Made by a program: the position numbers and the translations under genes. A model generated the notes under the pieces. It saw only the letters and a list, made by a program, of their open reading frames with translations. It did no database searches and was not told the origin of the DNA. Of a stretch of DNA of 43,218 bases, positions 40,682 to 43,218 are shown one piece after another (within the stretch, counting starts at the first letter, position 1; every line of letters starts with the position of its first letter). The stretch lies in the sequence record SRR20825010_1557; one strand, written 5' to 3'.

Positions 40682-42925
40682 TTACTTCACCTGTGCGCGA
40701 GCCTCTTCAAGAATGCGGTTGAAGGTCTCGCTGGGCTGCATGATCTTGCAGACTTTCTCGGCCGGTGGGTGATAGTAACCACCGATATCGGCCGGATGGC
40801 CCTGGATCACACTCATTTCTTCCAGGATCTTGTCCTTGTTGTCTTCCAGTTGCTTCGACAGCTTGGCGAAGAAGTCCTTCAGATCCTTGTCGTCATCCTG
40901 GTTGGCCAGTTCCTCCGCCCAGTAACGGGCGAGGTGGAAGTGGCTGCCGCGGTTGTCCAGCTCACCGGTGTTGCGCGACGGCGACTGGTTGTTCTCCAGC
41001 AGGCGTTCAGTGGCTTTGTCCAGGGTCAGGCCCAGCAGGCGCGCCCGCTCGTTGTTCTGCTTTTCGCCCAGTTCTTCCAGGGAAACAGCCGTGGCCAGGA
41101 ACTCGCCCAGCGAGTCCCAGCGCAGGTGATTTTCCTGCAGCAGTTGCTGAACGTGCTTCGGCGCGGAACCGCCAGCACCGGTCTCGTAAAGGCCGCCGCC
41201 GTTGAGCAGGGGCACGATGGACAGCATCTTGGCACTGGTGCCCAGCTCCAGGATCGGGAACAGGTCGGTAAGGTAGTCGCGCAGGACGTTACCAGTGACG
41301 GAGATGGTATCCAGACCACGAATCAGTCGCTCCATGGTCCAGCGAATGGCACGTACGGGCGACTTGATGAGGATGTCCAGGCCGTCGGTATCATGTTCCT
41401 TGAGATACATTTCCACTTTCTTGATCAGCTCGGCGTCGTGCGGGCGCTCATCGTCGAGCCAGAACAGGGCTGGCATGCCGGTAGCGCGGGCGCGGTTAAC
41501 CGCCAACTTGACCCAATCGCGGATTGGCAGATCCTTGGTCTGGCAGGCACGCCAGATGTCGCCCTTCTCGACCTTGTGCTCGGTCAGCACGGCGCCGTCT
41601 TCAGCGATGACACGAACGATGCCGTCTTCCTTGATTTCAAAGGTCTTGTCGTGGGAGCCGTACTCTTCAGCCTTCTGCGCCATCAGGCCAACGTTCGGCA
41701 CCGTGCCCATGGTGGTGGGATCAAACGCGCCGTGGGTCTTACAGAAGTTGATCACTTCCTGGTAGATGGTGGCGTAGGTGCTCTCAGGCATCACCGCTTT
41801 GGTGTCCTTGAGCTTGTTGTCCCGGGCCCACATCTTGCCGGAGTTACGGATCATCGCCGGCATGGAGGCATCAACAATGACGTCGCTGGGTACGTGCAGG
41901 TTGGTGATGCCCTTGACGGAATCTACCATGGCAATTTCCGGACGATGCTCATAGCAGGCGTGCAGGTCTTCCAGAATCTGCTCCTGCTTGGACTCCGGCA
42001 GTTGCTTGATTTTGTCCGTCACACTGGAAAGACCGTTGTTGGGGTTCACGCCCAGCTCGTCGAACAGTTCACCGTACTTGTCGAACAGTTCCTTGTAGAA
42101 GATCTTTACCGCGTGACCGAAGACGATCGGGTGGGAGATCTTCATCATCGTGGCTTTGACGTGCAGGGAGAACATCACGCCGGTCTTCTCGCAGTCTTCG
42201 ATGCAATCATCGAAGAACTTGCGAAGTGCTTTGCAGCTCATGAACATGCCGTCCAGCACTTCGCCTTCCTGCAGTGCCAGTTCACTCTTGAGAACGGTCT
42301 GCTTACCCTTGGCGTTCTCAAAAACGATACGGGCGTTGGTGGCCTTGTCCAGTGTCAGAGACTGTTCGTTGGAGTAGAAATCACCGCCGCGCATGTGGGC
42401 CACGTGGGTGCGTGACGCCGGGCTCCACTCGCCCATGGTGTGGGGGTGTTTGCGGGCAAAGGCCTTGACTGCTGTGGGGGCACGACGGTCGGAGTTACCT
42501 TCACGCAGCACCGGGTTTACAGCGCTGCCCAGTACTTTGGAGTAGCGGGCATGGATTTCTTTCTCTTCGTCAGACTCAGGGTGTTCCTTGTACTCGGGAA
42601 CGTTGTAACCCTGGTCATTGAGCTCCTTGATGGCAGCCCGAAGCTGGGGAATTGAGGCACTGATGTTGGGAAGCTTGATGATGTTGGCTTCCGGGTCCTT
42701 GGTGTAGTCACCCAGCTCTTTGAGGTCGTCCGGAACTTGTTGCTTTTCTTCCAGGTAATCAGGGAAGAGCGCGAGAATACGGGCAGCAAGCGAGATGTCG
42801 CTGGTGCCGAACTCGATGCCTGCGGGCTTGGCGTAAGTTTCGAGGATGGGAAGAAGTGACCGTGTCGCGAGGGCGGGGGCCTCATCGGTCAGTGTGTAAA
42901 TGATCTTGGCTTTGGATGATGTCAT
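40682..42925 (-). CDS. icd: Monomeric NADP-dependent isocitrate dehydrogenase
   Basis: Motifs [53 protein letters not shown] and [14 protein letters not shown] at 42925 follows GAGGA. Confidence 0.96.
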   Translation of the reverse strand: MTSSKAKIIYTLTDEAPALATRSLLPILETYAKPAGIEFGTSDISLAARILALFPDYLEEKQQVPDDLKELGDYTKDPEANIIKLPNISASIPQLRAAIKELNDQGYNVPEYKEHPESDEEKEIHARYSKVLGSAVNPVLREGNSDRRAPTAVKAFARKHPHTMGEWSPASRTHVAHMRGGDFYSNEQSLTLDKATNARIVFENAKGKQTVLKSELALQEGEVLDGMFMSCKALRKFFDDCIEDCEKTGVMFSLHVKATMMKISHPIVFGHAVKIFYKELFDKYGELFDELGVNPNNGLSSVTDKIKQLPESKQEQILEDLHACYEHRPEIAMVDSVKGITNLHVPSDVIVDASMPAMIRNSGKMWARDNKLKDTKAVMPESTYATIYQEVINFCKTHGAFDPTTMGTVPNVGLMAQKAEEYGSHDKTFEIKEDGIVRVIAEDGAVLTEHKVEKGDIWRACQTKDLPIRDWVKLAVNRARATGMPALFWLDDERPHDAELIKKVEMYLKEHDTDGLDILIKSPVRAIRWTMERLIRGLDTISVTGNVLRDYLTDLFPILELGTSAKMLSIVPLLNGGGLYETGAGGSAPKHVQQLLQENHLRWDSLGEFLATAVSLEELGEKQNNERARLLGLTLDKATERLLENNQSPSRNTGELDNRGSHFHLARYWAEELANQDDDKDLKDFFAKLSKQLEDNKDKILEEMSVIQGHPADIGGYYHPPAEKVCKIMQPSETFNRILEEARAQVK

Positions 42926-43218
42926 TTTCGTCCTCAGGCTGATGGGTGAGTTCAGGACGGTCACCGCAGGGTCAGCCGTCTTGTGAACGTCTGGCTTGAG
43001 CGATGACTGATTCGGGAACTTTTGATAGACCTACTAAGATAGCATTTTTTTGCCAATTCTGGTTACGATCTTAGTATAAGAACCGACTAAAAGTTCGCTA
43101 AAAGCCGTTACAGGGTGATGAAAAGGCAGGAATTTACGAAACTTTCGGACATTTGGGTTTGGGAGTGTCGCGCTGGAGGTGGGGACAACCAAAACACGCT
43201 CAAGCACGTCCGTGTGGC

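Noticed and set aside
40664-42415. 583-aa plus-strand ORF antisense to icd
   Set aside because: Shadow ORF of a strongly codon-biased GC-rich gene; no recognisable motifs or SD.

Overview
A GC-rich gammaproteobacterial chromosomal segment with mostly housekeeping content; the gene set and protein styles suggest Marinobacter, which is inference only. From left to right it holds: (1) the start of a soluble NAD-linked formate dehydrogenase operon (fdsG-fdsB-fdsA') with a divergent FdsR-type regulator; (2) PEBP, ankyrin, RlmA-like and spermidine-synthase-like genes; (3) an orphan NosR/NirI-like flavo-iron-sulfur membrane protein with a sigma-54 promoter motif; (4) an AhpD/TetR pair, type II NADH dehydrogenase and a CvrA/NhaP2 antiporter; (5) an OprI/Lpp-like lipoprotein flanked by two L,D-transpeptidase-family genes and a stomatin/NfeD pair; (6) a GDT1/UPF0016 exporter under a yybP-ykoY Mn2+ riboswitch; (7) SlyA/MarR and MFS transporters; (8) a CapW/BrxR-like WYL regulator directly upstream of an ExeM/NucH nuclease; (9) a lipase, an AraC regulator, queE-queC and a DEDDh exonuclease; (10) a 7TMR-DISM unorthodox sensor kinase operon; (11) a serine hydrolase, a diguanylate cyclase and monomeric isocitrate dehydrogenase. 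I saw no mobile elements, CRISPR arrays, tRNA or rRNA genes. The most interesting signals are non-coding. At about 30070-30800 there is a complete leader-peptide attenuator, with mutually exclusive 1:2, 2:3 and 3:4 helices, in front of an 89-aa protein of unknown function, back-to-back with a candidate Hfq-type sRNA. The ndh leader also shows a candidate two-state RNA structure.
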